Below, piece by piece: positions 6,511 through 14,167 of a stretch of 15,303 nt of DNA; position 1 is the first letter of the stretch; every line of letters begins with the position of its first letter. Position numbers and translations under genes: made by a program. A model generated the notes under the pieces. It made no database searches. It saw only the letters and a program-made list of their open reading frames with translations, and was not told the origin of the DNA. This DNA is from Oscillospiraceae bacterium (GTDB taxonomy: Bacteria; Bacillota; Clostridia; Oscillospirales; Oscillospiraceae), in the NCBI GenBank assembly GCA_963642815.1, contig CAVIIB010000011.1:6621-21923 (forward strand), given 5' to 3'.

Positions 6511-8907
6511 TTACGAAGCCTCGCCGGAAGCCTCGCCGGAAGCCTCGCCGGAAGCCTCGCCGGAGGCGGAGGACGAGCCGCCCTCCAGCACGACCGTCAC
6601 GGTGCAGTCGCTCTTCATGGCGATGTTGTAGTCATACTCGCCATAGTAGCCGTCGGGGTTGTCGGGGGTGATGGCGCTGATGGTAGCGTCGCCCTCGGTG
6701 ACATCCATGGAGACGACCTTGTAGCTGCCGGTGGCGAGGGTGAAGTAGGAGGTGGCGAACGCCTTGTAGGCGGCGAAGGAGGCCACGCCGTTGACGGCCT
6801 TGCCGTCCGCCGTCACAAAGACGAAGGTGGCGGTGTGGCGCGGGTCGGCCATATCGAAGGCGGTCAGCGTATTGCCGTTGAAGTCGCGGGCGATATAGTC
6901 CTCCTCAACGATGGTGACGTTCTTGCCGACCGTGCCCTTTATGTCAAGCTCGCCGTAGACGTGGATGGTCACGGGCTTGGCGGAGTCGATCTTGCTGCCC
7001 TTTTCCACGGTCAGATTGTTGATGTAGCAAGCGTCGGCCTCGCCGTTGCTGCCGTCAGCCAGAACGACGTTCCAGACGGACTTGTTCGTCAGGGTGAGGT
7101 TGATGGGGTTGCTGACCTGCTCGTTCGCGACGTTGTACTGTGCGCCGATCTTGTGGTAGTCGGTGACGCCGGACTTGAGATAGTTGCCGGTGGTGTCCGC
7201 ATTGAGGACAGTGCCGTTCTCCATGCGCGTACCGTCATCGTTGAGATGGTAGCCGTAGGAGGAGGAGATCGTGCCGTTCACGGTGGCAGCGTCGAGGGTG
7301 ACGTTGAGATTCTGGAACTTGTTGTAGATGTTGTTCCAGATGTTGCCGGTGTATTCGCCGTTGGCGAGGGTGGCGTTGGAGTCGTTGACAGCCGCCGTGG
7401 CGGTCGCCTGCGTCGCCTCGTCGCCAAGGTCGTTCACGGTGAAGGTGGTGTTGCCCGGATTGCCCGCGTCGTCGGACTCAACAAGCTCGACCAGCGTACC
7501 GCCCCAGATGGAGTCGGCGGTGAAGTTGACCTCGGTGTTGTCGAGGACGACGTTGGTGTAGCCGTTGTTGGCCGCGCCGGACTTGATCTGGATGCCGGTC
7601 TCGCCGACGTTGAGGGTGGAGTCGGTGATGGAGATCGTACCACCGGCGTTCTGCTGGGTCATGACACCGATGTGGCCGGACTCAAGCAGGGAGTTGGTGT
7701 AGAACGCGGAGGAGTTGGACGAGGCCATGATCTGAACCTCGTTGCCGCCGTAGAACTTCACGTTGTCGAAGCGATCCCACACGCCGGAGTCGGCGTAGGC
7801 GACATAGCCGGAGCCGCCCGCGATGTAGCCGTAGGTCACGCCGCCGACGGTCTTGGTGTCGAAGTAGGTCTCGGCGCTCGCGCCGTTCTTCACGACCTCG
7901 ACCGTGCCTGTGCCGGCGGTCGTGTTGGAAACGTCGAGCGCGTAAGTGCCAACCTTGTCATAGCCGTTGCCGGAGTCGGTGGAGAGCACACCCCAGCCGG
8001 TGGCGACGATCAGAGAGTCGGTGTAGATACCCTGTCCTGCGCCGAGGACGTTGGTGGCGCGGATAACGCCCTCAAGACCAAGCGCGAACGGGGTGCGCTT
8101 CATCATGGGAACGACGAGCGCGTCGTATTCCTCTTGGGTGTCGTTGGTTTCCTGCGCGTAGATGACGGAGTTGTTGATACGGAGAATGCCGTTGCCGTTG
8201 GCGGCAGCCGCCGTGCGGATAACGCCCTCGGTGAAGATGGTGGAATCCTCGATGGTCACGTCAGCCGTACCCTTGGCAAGCACCATCGCGGCGTTGCCGG
8301 TGAAGTCGTTCGCACCGTCGCCGTTGCCGGTGATGCTCATGTCGGAGATGGTGTACTCGGCGGAGTCAACGATAATGCCGTTGAAGAACGCGCCGTAGGA
8401 GTTAAGCTCGCCGCTGGAAATGCCCTTTTCGTCATAGGTGGCCTTGGTGAGCAGGGCGGGGATGGTCTCGTCGTCGTTAATGCCGTTTTCATCGACATAC
8501 AGCGCGGAGCGGTAGGTGTACTGGGCGGTGTTGCCGGCCATGTTCATGAACTTGGCCATCTCGGAGCTGGCAGTCGCGCCGGAGGTCGTCTCAAAGGAGT
8601 AGGAGCCGTCCTTGAGCGCCGTGCCGTCCTCCACATAGTCGAGAATGTCGTACTGGTCGCCATCGACGACGAGCGTGAGAACGCCGCCGTTTTTGGCCCT
8701 GACTACGCTGCCGTCAGAGAGGGTGACGGAGGTGATGTTGGAAGATGCGGACGGACTGTTGATGGTGTCGTCCTCCGTGGCGGTGGTGGCAATGTAGTTG
8801 TCGCCGTAGGTGACCGATTTGATGGTCAGACCGGGCTCGCCGGAGGCGAACGCGGAGACGGAAAGCAGCATACACAGTGCCAAAACGATTGCGAGTGCCT
8901 TTTTCAT
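6511..8907 (-). CDS. secreted protein of unknown function, Thr/Asn/Gly/Asp-rich (beta-helix-like composition), with a C-terminal (SGEA)4 tail
   Basis: 798-aa ORF. The N-terminus is a Sec signal peptide, MKKALAIVLALCMLLSVSAFA|SGEP. An AGGAGG RBS (complement of 8914-8919) sits 6 nt from the ATG. Long stretches resemble parallel beta-helix rungs (e.g. ITGNGDGANDFTGNAAMVLAKGTADVTIEDSTIFTEG, NGNGILRINNSVIYAQ), with almost no Cys. No LPXTG, SLH or other anchoring motif was seen. The plus-strand 717-aa ORF 6835..8988 is its antisense shadow. Confidence 0.85.
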   Translation of the reverse strand: MKKALAIVLALCMLLSVSAFASGEPGLTIKSVTYGDNYIATTATEDDTINSPSASSNITSVTLSDGSVVRAKNGGVLTLVVDGDQYDILDYVEDGTALKDGSYSFETTSGATASSEMAKFMNMAGNTAQYTYRSALYVDENGINDDETIPALLTKATYDEKGISSGELNSYGAFFNGIIVDSAEYTISDMSITGNGDGANDFTGNAAMVLAKGTADVTIEDSTIFTEGVIRTAAAANGNGILRINNSVIYAQETNDTQEEYDALVVPMMKRTPFALGLEGVIRATNVLGAGQGIYTDSLIVATGWGVLSTDSGNGYDKVGTYALDVSNTTAGTGTVEVVKNGASAETYFDTKTVGGVTYGYIAGGSGYVAYADSGVWDRFDNVKFYGGNEVQIMASSNSSAFYTNSLLESGHIGVMTQQNAGGTISITDSTLNVGETGIQIKSGAANNGYTNVVLDNTEVNFTADSIWGGTLVELVESDDAGNPGNTTFTVNDLGDEATQATATAAVNDSNATLANGEYTGNIWNNIYNKFQNLNVTLDAATVNGTISSSYGYHLNDDGTRMENGTVLNADTTGNYLKSGVTDYHKIGAQYNVANEQVSNPINLTLTNKSVWNVVLADGSNGEADACYINNLTVEKGSKIDSAKPVTIHVYGELDIKGTVGKNVTIVEEDYIARDFNGNTLTAFDMADPRHTATFVFVTADGKAVNGVASFAAYKAFATSYFTLATGSYKVVSMDVTEGDATISAITPDNPDGYYGEYDYNIAMKSDCTVTVVLEGGSSSASGEASGEASGEASGEAS
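6515..6562. repeat. perfect 12-bp tandem repeat x4 (GAAGCCTCGCCG) inside the 3' end of the secreted-protein gene
   Basis: Four identical head-to-tail copies at 6515-6526, 6527-6538, 6539-6550 and 6551-6562. On the coding (minus) strand each reads TCC GGC GAG GCT, giving SGEA x4 just before the stop. Confidence 0.95.
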
Positions 8908-8952
8908 GTGATTCCTCCTAAAATTTTTGCCCTTGGGCGTGTTCTGGCTTAC

Positions 8953-8981
8953 ATTATATACAAACCATACCCGTCTGTCAA
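8953..8981 (-). promoter_or_regulatory. consensus sigma-70 promoter of the secreted-protein gene
   Basis: The minus strand reads TTGACA (complement of 8976-8981), a 17-nt spacer, then TATAAT (complement of 8953-8958). Both hexamers are perfect consensus and lie about 45 nt upstream of ATG 8907. Confidence 0.6.
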
Positions 8982-9018
8982 AGCATAAATGCAGCGTTTC
9001 GACCTAAATTTACACTTT

Positions 9019-9909
9019 TTACGCCTGTGTCTGCTCATCCGGCGACCAGTGGCGTACCCAGTCGGCGGCAAAGCTGGCGAAGCGGCGGGCGGCGGGACCG
9101 GCCTCCTCGCGGACGGCGAGCGCGATGGTGCGGCTCGATGGGGGTATGGTGGGACGTGCCACAATGCCGCTGCTGTTGCCGCGCAGGAGCAGGGAGGGCA
9201 TAATGCTCACGCCAAGCCCCTGTCGCACCATGGCGATGACGGCGTAATCGTCCTTGCAGTGCAGGCGCACATTCGGCTTGAGACCGCCGCCCTCCAAGGC
9301 GCGGCGGGCGTCGTGGTCGGAGGACTTGAGCAGGGAGATGATAGGCTCTCGTGCCACATCCTCGACGCGGCAGCGCTCCTGCGCAGCGAGCGGGTGCCCC
9401 TCCGGAAAGATGGCGACAAGCTCATCTTTATATAAAGGTATGCACTCGCATTTCAGCTCGGTCGGCAGTGTGATGAAGCCGAGGTCAATGCTCCCGTCGG
9501 CCAGCCACTGGTCAATGTCGTGGTAGTCGCCGTTGAACAGGCGAAACTCGACCTGCGGGTGCTCCTGCTCAAACTGCATCATCATGGCGGGAAGCCAGTG
9601 TGTCGCGACGCTCGTGAAGGTACCGATGCGTATCGGCCCCGCGACAAGCTCCGTGAGCTCGGCGGCCTCGCGGTGGAGGCGCTCATCCTGCCTCACGATC
9701 TCGCGGAGGATGGGCATGAGCCGCTCGCCCTCCGCCGTCAGCCTCGCGCCCGTGCGTGAGCGGCGCAGCAGCGTCAGACCAAGCTCGCCCTCGATGGCCG
9801 CGATCATGTGGCTCACGCCCGATTGGGTGAGTCCAAGCTCCTCGGCGGCGCGTGTCAGAGAGGAAAGCTCGACGGTTTTTACAAAAACGGCGTATTTTTT
9901 TGTGTCCAT
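9019..9909 (-). CDS. LysR-family transcriptional regulator
   Basis: The start is taken at ATG 9909 (MDTKKYAVFVKTVELSSLTRAAEELGLTQSGVSHMIAAIEGELGLTLLRR), a canonical LysR N-terminal wHTH followed by a substrate-binding-domain-like C-terminus. The 17 extra N-terminal codons in the track ORF (from 9960) precede the typical LysR start. Confidence 0.9.
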   Translation of the reverse strand: MDTKKYAVFVKTVELSSLTRAAEELGLTQSGVSHMIAAIEGELGLTLLRRSRTGARLTAEGERLMPILREIVRQDERLHREAAELTELVAGPIRIGTFTSVATHWLPAMMMQFEQEHPQVEFRLFNGDYHDIDQWLADGSIDLGFITLPTELKCECIPLYKDELVAIFPEGHPLAAQERCRVEDVAREPIISLLKSSDHDARRALEGGGLKPNVRLHCKDDYAVIAMVRQGLGVSIMPSLLLRGNSSGIVARPTIPPSSRTIALAVREEAGPAARRFASFAADWVRHWSPDEQTQA

Positions 9910-9987
9910 TGCAAAAAAACCTCTTGCATTTGTCGTTTGATGGTGGTAATATACCGCCATGAAGTTTTATGATTTGTAATATTAAGC

Positions 9988-10002
9988 ATTATAAATCGTA
10001 AT
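9988..10002. promoter_or_regulatory. candidate LysR-type binding site (T-N11-A with dyad ATTA-N7-TAAT)
   Basis: ATTATAAATCGTAAT sits in the 123-bp divergent intergenic region between the LysR gene and putP. It contains T-N11-A (9989-10001) with inverted ATTA/TAAT arms. The call is motif-based only. Confidence 0.3.
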
Positions 10003-10032
10003 TCGTCAAATGTCAAGCGGAGGTTTTGTAAC

Positions 10033-11565
10033 ATGATCGGAGCAAATGTACAACATCTGATCGCCATGATCGTATACATGGCGGCGGTGGTCGCAATCGG
10101 CATATTTTTTGCCAAACGCGCCAACAGCAACGCGGAGGCCTACTTCCTCGGTGGCCGCAGCCTTGGCCCGTGGGTGACGGCGTTCAGCGCGGAGGCCTCG
10201 GATATGTCCGGCTATCTGCTGATGGGCTTGCCCGGTCTGGCTTACTGGACGGGGCTTGCGGATGTCGGCTGGACCTGCGTCGGTCTTGCGCTGGGAACAT
10301 ATTTTAACTTTCTGATCGTCTCCCGCCGTCTGCGCCGTTACAGCATTGCGGTGGATGCGTTCACCATCCCGGACTACTTCTCCCGCCGTTTCCATGAGAA
10401 GAAAAAGTGGCTCATGTCGCTGGCATCTCTCATCATTATCGTCTTCTTCTGCGTCTACGCTGCCCAGTGCCTCAGCTCCTGCGGCAAGCTTTTCGCCAAC
10501 CTGTTCGATCTGCCCTATGGCGGCATGATGATCGTCGCGTCCATATTCGTTCTCGTTTACACCTTCCTCGGCGGCTATCTGGCCGAGAGCGCGTCCGACT
10601 TCATGCAGGCTGTCGTGATGATAACGGTGCTCGTTCTCATCTTTGTCCTGTCCGTGAGCGCCGCCGGCGGTATGTCGGTCGTGATCGAGAATGCCAAGAG
10701 CTTTGACGGCTACTTCTCGTTCTTCACCACCTCCACGCCCTCGGAGACGGAGGTCAACGTCTTTGGCGCGGGCAAGAGCTACGGCATTCTGTCCATTGCG
10801 TCCTGCCTCTCATGGGCGCTGGGCTACTTCGGTATGCCCCAGGTGCTGCTGCGCTTCATGGGCATACGCTCGGAGAAGGAGCTTGGCCGCTCCCGCCGTG
10901 TCGCCATCATCTGGGTCACTATCTCCATGGCAGCCGCCATCATGATCGGTGTCGTTGCCCGCAGCGTCACGGGTCTTGACTATCTCTCCAACGCGGACGC
11001 GGAGAACGTGTTCATCGACGCGGCCACGCATTTCCTCCCCCCCATCCTCGCGGGCTTTGCCTGCGCCGGTGTGCTGGCCGCCGCCATCTCCTCGTCGGAC
11101 TCCTATCTGCTCATTTCCGCCAGCGCGGTCAGCCAGAACATCTACCGCAGTGTTCTCAAGAAGGACGCGACGGAGAAGCAGGTCATGTGGTGCTCGCGTA
11201 TCACGCTGGTGGTCGTTACGCTCATCGCCATCGCCGTGGCGTGGAACTCCAACTCCACCATCTTCGGTATCACGTCCTTTGCGTGGGCGGGCTTCGGCGC
11301 GGCCTTTGGTCCTCTCATGCTGTTCTCCCTGTTCTGGAAGCGCACGACCTACCCCGCCGCCATCGCCGGTATGCTGTCCGGCGGCGTGATGGTGTTTGTC
11401 TGGAAGCTGGCCATCAAGCCCTTGGGCGGCGTGTTCGCCATCTACGAGCTACTTCCCGCGTTCATCTTCAGCTCGCTCGTCATCGTGGTCGTCTCCCTGC
11501 TCACGCATGAGCCCAGCGCGGAGATCGGGGCCGAGTTCGACCGTGTTCGCGAGGGCAAGGTGTAA
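10033..11565 (+). CDS. putP: sodium:proline symporter (SSF family, PutP-like)
   Basis: 510-aa polytopic membrane protein. It contains YFLGGRSLGPWVTAFSAEASDMSGYLLMGLPGLAY and SFAWAGFGAAFGPLMLFSLFWKR, which closely resemble the remembered E. coli PutP sequence. A GGAGG RBS lies at 10019-10023. Confidence 0.85.
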   Translation: MIGANVQHLIAMIVYMAAVVAIGIFFAKRANSNAEAYFLGGRSLGPWVTAFSAEASDMSGYLLMGLPGLAYWTGLADVGWTCVGLALGTYFNFLIVSRRLRRYSIAVDAFTIPDYFSRRFHEKKKWLMSLASLIIIVFFCVYAAQCLSSCGKLFANLFDLPYGGMMIVASIFVLVYTFLGGYLAESASDFMQAVVMITVLVLIFVLSVSAAGGMSVVIENAKSFDGYFSFFTTSTPSETEVNVFGAGKSYGILSIASCLSWALGYFGMPQVLLRFMGIRSEKELGRSRRVAIIWVTISMAAAIMIGVVARSVTGLDYLSNADAENVFIDAATHFLPPILAGFACAGVLAAAISSSDSYLLISASAVSQNIYRSVLKKDATEKQVMWCSRITLVVVTLIAIAVAWNSNSTIFGITSFAWAGFGAAFGPLMLFSLFWKRTTYPAAIAGMLSGGVMVFVWKLAIKPLGGVFAIYELLPAFIFSSLVIVVVSLLTHEPSAEIGAEFDRVREGKV

Positions 11566-11616
11566 GGCAAAAACAAACTTCAGACTGTCAAAGAAGCTGC
11601 TCCAGCGCGGCAGCGC

Positions 11617-11786
11617 CCATGGCTCCCCTGAAAGGGGAGCTGGCAGCGGCGCAGCCGCTGACTGAGGGGTTGTTTTTGGAGCTCTTGCGGGGACAAACCC
11701 CTCCGGCGCTTCGCGCCACCTCCCCTTTCAGGGGAGGCAATGATTGGATGCTCGCGCCGTGCCACTTTCCCTTACACAGGGGAGGC
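11617..11786. repeat. three copies of a ~40-50-bp hairpin-bearing intergenic repeat (one forward, two inverted)
   Basis: U1 (11617-11669) contains the hairpin GCTCCCCT-GAA-AGGGGAGC (11622-11640), then TGGC and a second hairpin CAGCGGC-GCA-GCCGCTG (11644-11660), then GAGGGG. U2 (11698-11747) is its reverse complement in organisation: CCCCTCC, GGCGC-TTC-GCGCC, then CCTCCCCT-TTC-AGGGGAGG (11719-11737). U3 (about 11750-11786) is a degenerate copy in the U2 orientation (CGCGCCGTGCCACTTTCCCTTACACAGGGGAGGC). Confidence 0.7.
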
Positions 11787-11847
11787 TTTGGGTGCGGCGC
11801 AAAATCGGAGAAAAACGCACTTTTTGACACTATCAAAGCATAGAAAT

Positions 11848-11897
11848 ATCCCCCGTGCGGCCTTGAACGGGCTGCACGGGGGATGATTTTATTTTTT
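11848..11897. terminator. strong bidirectional intrinsic terminator (putP transcript / acyltransferase gene)
   Basis: 11-bp perfect stem, ATCCCCCGTGC (11848-11858) with GCACGGGGGAT (11874-11884), extended by inner G-U and GCC/GGC pairs around a 7-nt loop. TTTTATTTTTT (11887-11897) follows on the plus strand. On the minus strand the hairpin lies immediately after the acyltransferase stop (11889-11891). Confidence 0.75.
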
Positions 11898-12926
11898 CTC
11901 GGAAACGGTAAGCGCGTCGGGCGGCGCGAACATTTTGCGCTTCAGCCCACCGAACAGACTTTTATAAAGCTCGTCGAGCGCCGGGAGACCCAGTACATAC
12001 ATGAGCCCCACGCCGGAGACGGCGGCAAAGGGGAGCAGAATGTACCAGCGGTCGAGTGCCGGGACGAAGAAGAGCAGGTAGCGCACCCACATGACGACGT
12101 AGCTGTGCAGCAGGTAGGGCACCATCGTCCGCGTGCCGCCGTCACGTATGACCGGGAGGCTTCGATCGGGAACGAATACGAACAGACCGATGACGAGCAC
12201 CGGCGAGACGATAAAGCCTATGGCACGCCAGAGCATACCCGTCCATGGCGGAAGATGGTAGTAGAAATAGGAGTTCCAGTTGTAGTAGAAGCGGTGGTCG
12301 AAGTAGCCGTGCCAGTTCAGCCAGCCCATCACGGCGAGCACCAGCACGACCGCCGTGCCGACGGCTGCTTTCGGAAGTTGCTCGATCTTCCGCACGTCCT
12401 CGCGGCTCATTTTCAGACCGACGAGGAAATAGGGCAAAAAGACGATGGTGCGGCTTAACGACAGAAAATTCGTCACGTCCGGGCATATGCCGACAAGCAG
12501 CGCCGCCGCGATGGACATGGGGATGATACCGCGGATTTTGACGAGTGTCTTTGCCGTGAGCTTCCAGCAGAACATACTCAAAAGATACCAATACTGGAAC
12601 GTGGGCGAGAAAATGGTGGGGTAGTCGCTGCCGAATATCAGCGTGAACAGCGAGTTGAATATAATGTATGGAACGAGGAAATCCATGAGAGCGTTGTCAT
12701 AGCCCTTGTCCGTGTTTTTGGAGAAGTAGCCGGACAGGAAGCAGAACCCCGGCATCGTCACGAGCCGTGACCATGTGGCGACCAGCTCCAAAACGGGATG
12801 GGGGAAGCAGCCCGTCAGCGTGATCATATGCTCCGCGATGACGTTGAAAAGAAGCAGCCAGCGGATGTTGTCGGCGCGATACCAGCGACGAGGCAGAGCG
12901 GGGTTTGCGTTAGCCAGAGTTTCCAT
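11889..12926 (-). CDS. acyltransferase family 3 (OafA/YrhL-like) integral membrane protein
   Basis: Polytopic membrane ORF. The N-terminus reads RRWYRADNIRWLLLFNVIAEHM...MPGFCFLSGYF, matching the conserved Arg / His / FFxxSG-like pattern of acyltransferase-3 proteins. ATG 12926 is preferred, with GGTGGTG about 8 nt upstream. GTG 12938 (track) is the alternative start. Confidence 0.8.
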   Translation of the reverse strand: METLANANPALPRRWYRADNIRWLLLFNVIAEHMITLTGCFPHPVLELVATWSRLVTMPGFCFLSGYFSKNTDKGYDNALMDFLVPYIIFNSLFTLIFGSDYPTIFSPTFQYWYLLSMFCWKLTAKTLVKIRGIIPMSIAAALLVGICPDVTNFLSLSRTIVFLPYFLVGLKMSREDVRKIEQLPKAAVGTAVVLVLAVMGWLNWHGYFDHRFYYNWNSYFYYHLPPWTGMLWRAIGFIVSPVLVIGLFVFVPDRSLPVIRDGGTRTMVPYLLHSYVVMWVRYLLFFVPALDRWYILLPFAAVSGVGLMYVLGLPALDELYKSLFGGLKRKMFAPPDALTVSEKK

Positions 12927-13039
12927 GGGAGACACCACCGTTTACAGTTTGTTCACAATTCGCTTTCAGTAAACCACAGAAACGGCGGTGCTGTCAACAA
13001 TTTATTCACATTTCATTCATAAATCATTCAAAAGTCGGC

Positions 13040-14029
13040 TCACACAATGTCCATATACACCGGCGTGAGGAAAAGACGGCGGAAGCTCGCCTCATCGTCG
13101 CTGTGCGCGAGCGCCCACATGGTCTTGGCATAGACGCTCTCGCCGGTCATGTCGTAGGCCTCCAGCAGCTCATATCGCTTTTTGATACGCAGCCCGACGG
13201 AATAGACCTCCATGTCGCTGCCCTCATGCGGCACCTGCGTCGTGACGATGACCTTTACGCCGCGCCGGACGAGCAGCGCGATCTTGTCGGCAAATTCGTC
13301 GCTGTCGTAATAGGGAATGCCGCCCACGCCGAAGCTCTCGATGATGACGGCGTGGCAGTTCTCGGCGAGATAGTCAAAGATGTCGGCCTGCATTCCGGGG
13401 ATGAGCTTGAGGACAAACACGGAGGGGTCGAGCCGGTGGAAGAAGCGGACGGGACCCGCCGGACGGTGCGGGATGTAGAGGTGGAGCTCGCCGGAGCGAA
13501 GCACGGCCAGCGGCGGGTAGTCTATGCTTGAAAAGGCGTTGAAGCTCTTGGTGCGCATTTTGCGGGCGCGTGTGCCCGTGATGACCTGCCCGTCGAAGAC
13601 CAGCGTAACGCCTCCGGCGCGGTCGTCCGCCGCATAGCGGACGGCGTTGGCCAGATTCTGCCTCGCGTCGGAGTCGCGGTCGTATATCGTCCGCTGCGCT
13701 CCGGTGAGGACAACGGGCTTGGGGCTGTTCTGGATGAGGTATGACAGCGTGGCGGCGGCGTAGGCCATCGTGTCCGTGCCATGCGTGACGACGAAGCCGT
13801 CATAGTCGCCATAGCGATCCTCGATGGCGGCGGCGAGCGCCAGCCAGTGCTTGGGGTCCATGTTGGTGCTGTCGAGATTGAAAAGCTGCATTGCCTCCAA
13901 GCGGCAGAGCGAGGCGATCTCCGGCACACAGGCGGCAAGCTCCCCGGAGGAGATGCCGGGGGCAAGCCCCTCGCTCGTGGGCTTGGAGGCGATCGTGCCG
14001 CCGGTGGCGATCAGAAGTATCTTTTTCAT
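13040..14029 (-). CDS. ansA: L-asparaginase, type I (cytoplasmic)
   Basis: 329-aa ORF with catalytic signatures IATGGTIAS (Thr nucleophile) and VVTHGTDTMAY, followed by PVVLTGAQR. Length and organisation fit type I asparaginases. Confidence 0.9.
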   Translation of the reverse strand: MKKILLIATGGTIASKPTSEGLAPGISSGELAACVPEIASLCRLEAMQLFNLDSTNMDPKHWLALAAAIEDRYGDYDGFVVTHGTDTMAYAAATLSYLIQNSPKPVVLTGAQRTIYDRDSDARQNLANAVRYAADDRAGGVTLVFDGQVITGTRARKMRTKSFNAFSSIDYPPLAVLRSGELHLYIPHRPAGPVRFFHRLDPSVFVLKLIPGMQADIFDYLAENCHAVIIESFGVGGIPYYDSDEFADKIALLVRRGVKVIVTTQVPHEGSDMEVYSVGLRIKKRYELLEAYDMTGESVYAKTMWALAHSDDEASFRRLFLTPVYMDIV

Positions 14030-14061
14030 GCGTCCATTCCTTCCGCGTGTTTTACCCGTCC

Positions 14062-14090
14062 ATTATAATCGAACCAGCGCGTCAGTTCAA
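14062..14090 (-). promoter_or_regulatory. sigma-70-type promoter of the asparaginase gene
   Basis: The minus strand reads TTGAAC (complement of 14085-14090), a 17-nt spacer, then TATAAT (complement of 14062-14067), about 30 nt upstream of ATG 14029. Confidence 0.5.
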
Positions 14091-14138
14091 GCACGGGAAA
14101 AGTCTGTAAGCCTTATTACAGCCTTTTGTGTCAACTCC

Positions 14139-14167
14139 TTGCTTTTTGGGTAGACAGATGTTATAAT
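14139..14167 (+). promoter_or_regulatory. extended -10 promoter in front of tnpB
   Basis: TTGCTT (14139-14144), a 17-nt spacer, then TGTTATAAT (TGn plus TATAAT at 14162-14167). An AGGAGG RBS at 14188-14193 lies 6 nt from GTG 14200. Confidence 0.5.

Noticed and set aside
6515-6562. Possible CRISPR array or other spacer-repeat structure
   Set aside because: The repeats are 12 bp, directly adjacent with no spacers, and lie inside a CDS in frame. This is a coding microsatellite-like tandem repeat, not a CRISPR array.
6835-8988. 717-aa plus-strand ORF, the second-longest in the track
   Set aside because: It is an antisense shadow of the 798-aa minus-strand gene. Its translation is Gly/Val/Asp/Ala/Arg-rich low-complexity sequence without motifs. 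It extends through the promoter and RBS of the real gene and has no RBS of its own. The minus-strand frame has a signal peptide, RBS, promoter and terminator.
11580-11843. Three small ORFs (61, 82 and 74 aa) in the putP-acyltransferase intergenic tract
   Set aside because: They lie entirely within the hairpin repeat units, overlap one another on both strands and lack RBSs. Their 'peptides' (PLKGEVARSAGGV and similar) are simply translations of the palindromic repeats, so they were treated as non-coding repeat sequence.
11883-12458. 191-aa plus-strand ORF, with minus-strand alternative-frame ORFs inside the acyltransferase gene
   Set aside because: These are antisense or off-frame shadows. 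The 11889..12926 minus frame encodes a coherent multi-TM acyltransferase-3-like protein.
12992-12997. TTGACA on the minus strand upstream of the acyltransferase gene as its -35 box
   Set aside because: The best -10 candidate at an appropriate spacing (TTTACT at 18 nt) lacks the conserved A at position 2. That is too weak to report as a feature.
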